DNA of 16,619 nt from Promethearchaeati archaeon. GTDB lineage: Archaea > Asgardarchaeota > Heimdallarchaeia > JABLTI01. Of the stretch, positions 15,729-16,619 are shown piece by piece (within the stretch, counting starts at the first letter, position 1; each line of letters starts with the position of its first letter). The stretch lies in the NCBI GenBank assembly GCA_013166835.1, contig JABLTI010000061.1, positions 1 through 16,619 of the forward strand, in the 5' to 3' direction. The translations under genes were made by a program, and so were the position numbers. The notes beneath the pieces are model-generated. The model worked only from the letters and a program-made list of their open reading frames with translations, searched no databases and had not been told where the DNA came from.

Positions 15729-16619
15729 ATGAATTCGGAGAGTAATCAAGGTCAAGATGATTTTGTTAATTTCTGGTCTAAGTTAAATGATATTTTTCCT
15801 TATCTAAATTATCGAAAAGAACAATTTTCAATTATTACAGCAATCCAAAAAGCATCTCATAAAACACTACTGATTGATGCTGAAACAGGGAGTGGGAAAA
15901 CTGCAGCAGTTTTATCAGCAATTTTGAGTAGGAAAGAAAAGGATGAACGGATTCTTATTTTTACTAAAATGCTAGGGCAAATGGATGCCTGGTTTAGAGA
16001 ACTAGGATTAATTAATGATTATAATCGAAAAGTTGGGCAAAATATTTACTCCTTAGTTCCTATGGTTGGTAAAACGCATCTTTGTCCATTAGTTACGAAA
16101 TTCACTAAAAATCAATTTTCACAAATTGGGTGTAGCTTATTTGATTGCTCTCATATCAAGAAATTTCACTTTATGCAGAATGAATCCGGGAATTTCTATG
16201 CACTCTCAAGACGAGTTAGATCCAGTATTGCAGATAACATCAAAAAAGGCGTTGGACTCGCTGAAATTCTTTGGATGCTAGAAAACAAAATTGAGAACCT
16301 AGGTTGTCCCTATTTAGCATTAAAAACAGCCTTGAAAGATGCAGATATGATTATTACCACTTATCCATTTCTTTTGAATACAAAGCTAAGAGAGATTCTG
16401 TTTGAAAACATGGATATTGACTTGGCGAATACAACTATAATTATTGATGAAGCTCATAATCTCGCAAAAGGAAACATTGGAAACTTATCCTACAAAACTC
16501 TATATCGTGCTATCAATGAGATTGGTTCTCATAAAGTATTAAATCTCTTGCAAAACCTGCGTGGTCAAGAAGGATTGCATAATTTGGATTTGGAAGACAA
16601 AGACATACAAGATCTCAAT
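15729..16619 (+). CDS. XPD/Rad3/DinG-family Fe-S SF2 helicase, 5' part (runs off the window; absent from the ORF track)
   Basis: Hand translation from ATG 15729 is open to the window end: Q motif FPYLNYRKEQ, Walker A AETGSGKT, four Cys (HLCP, GCSLFDC, GCPY), ADMIITTYPFLL, Walker B IIIDEAHNL. Confidence 0.9.
   Translation, partial: MNSESNQGQDDFVNFWSKLNDIFPYLNYRKEQFSIITAIQKASHKTLLIDAETGSGKTAAVLSAILSRKEKDERILIFTKMLGQMDAWFRELGLINDYNRKVGQNIYSLVPMVGKTHLCPLVTKFTKNQFSQIGCSLFDCSHIKKFHFMQNESGNFYALSRRVRSSIADNIKKGVGLAEILWMLENKIENLGCPYLALKTALKDADMIITTYPFLLNTKLREILFENMDIDLANTTIIIDEAHNLAKGNIGNLSYKTLYRAINEIGSHKVLNLLQNLRGQEGLHNLDLEDKDIQDLN

Overview
AT-rich, gene-dense archaeal chromosomal window. An Asgard-type origin such as Heimdallarchaeia is plausible but only inferred. 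Recognisable genes are tldD-pmbA(tldE), flap endonuclease FEN1, two MazG-fold proteins, a thioredoxin-V4R-V4R fusion, a BCP/PrxQ peroxiredoxin, a PssA-type CDP-alcohol phosphatidyltransferase, a single-domain KaiC/RAD55-like protein with a broken Walker A, RFC large subunit, and a 3'-truncated XPD/DinG Fe-S helicase missing from the ORF track. The first 4 kb holds hypotheticals: a pilin-like 2-TM protein, a Zn-ribbon protein, a 4-TM protein and a TPR protein. I found no rRNA, tRNA, CRISPR array or transposase. Best leads: (1) a putative redox/ligand-sensing module (Trx-V4R-V4R, peroxiredoxin, inactive KaiC-like hub); (2) a Zn-ribbon ORF whose frame continues through three in-frame TGA codons, in a window where TGA is rare and backed up as a stop; (3) a structured GC-rich leader at about 9060-9160. 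All calls come from motif reading by eye; no searches were run.
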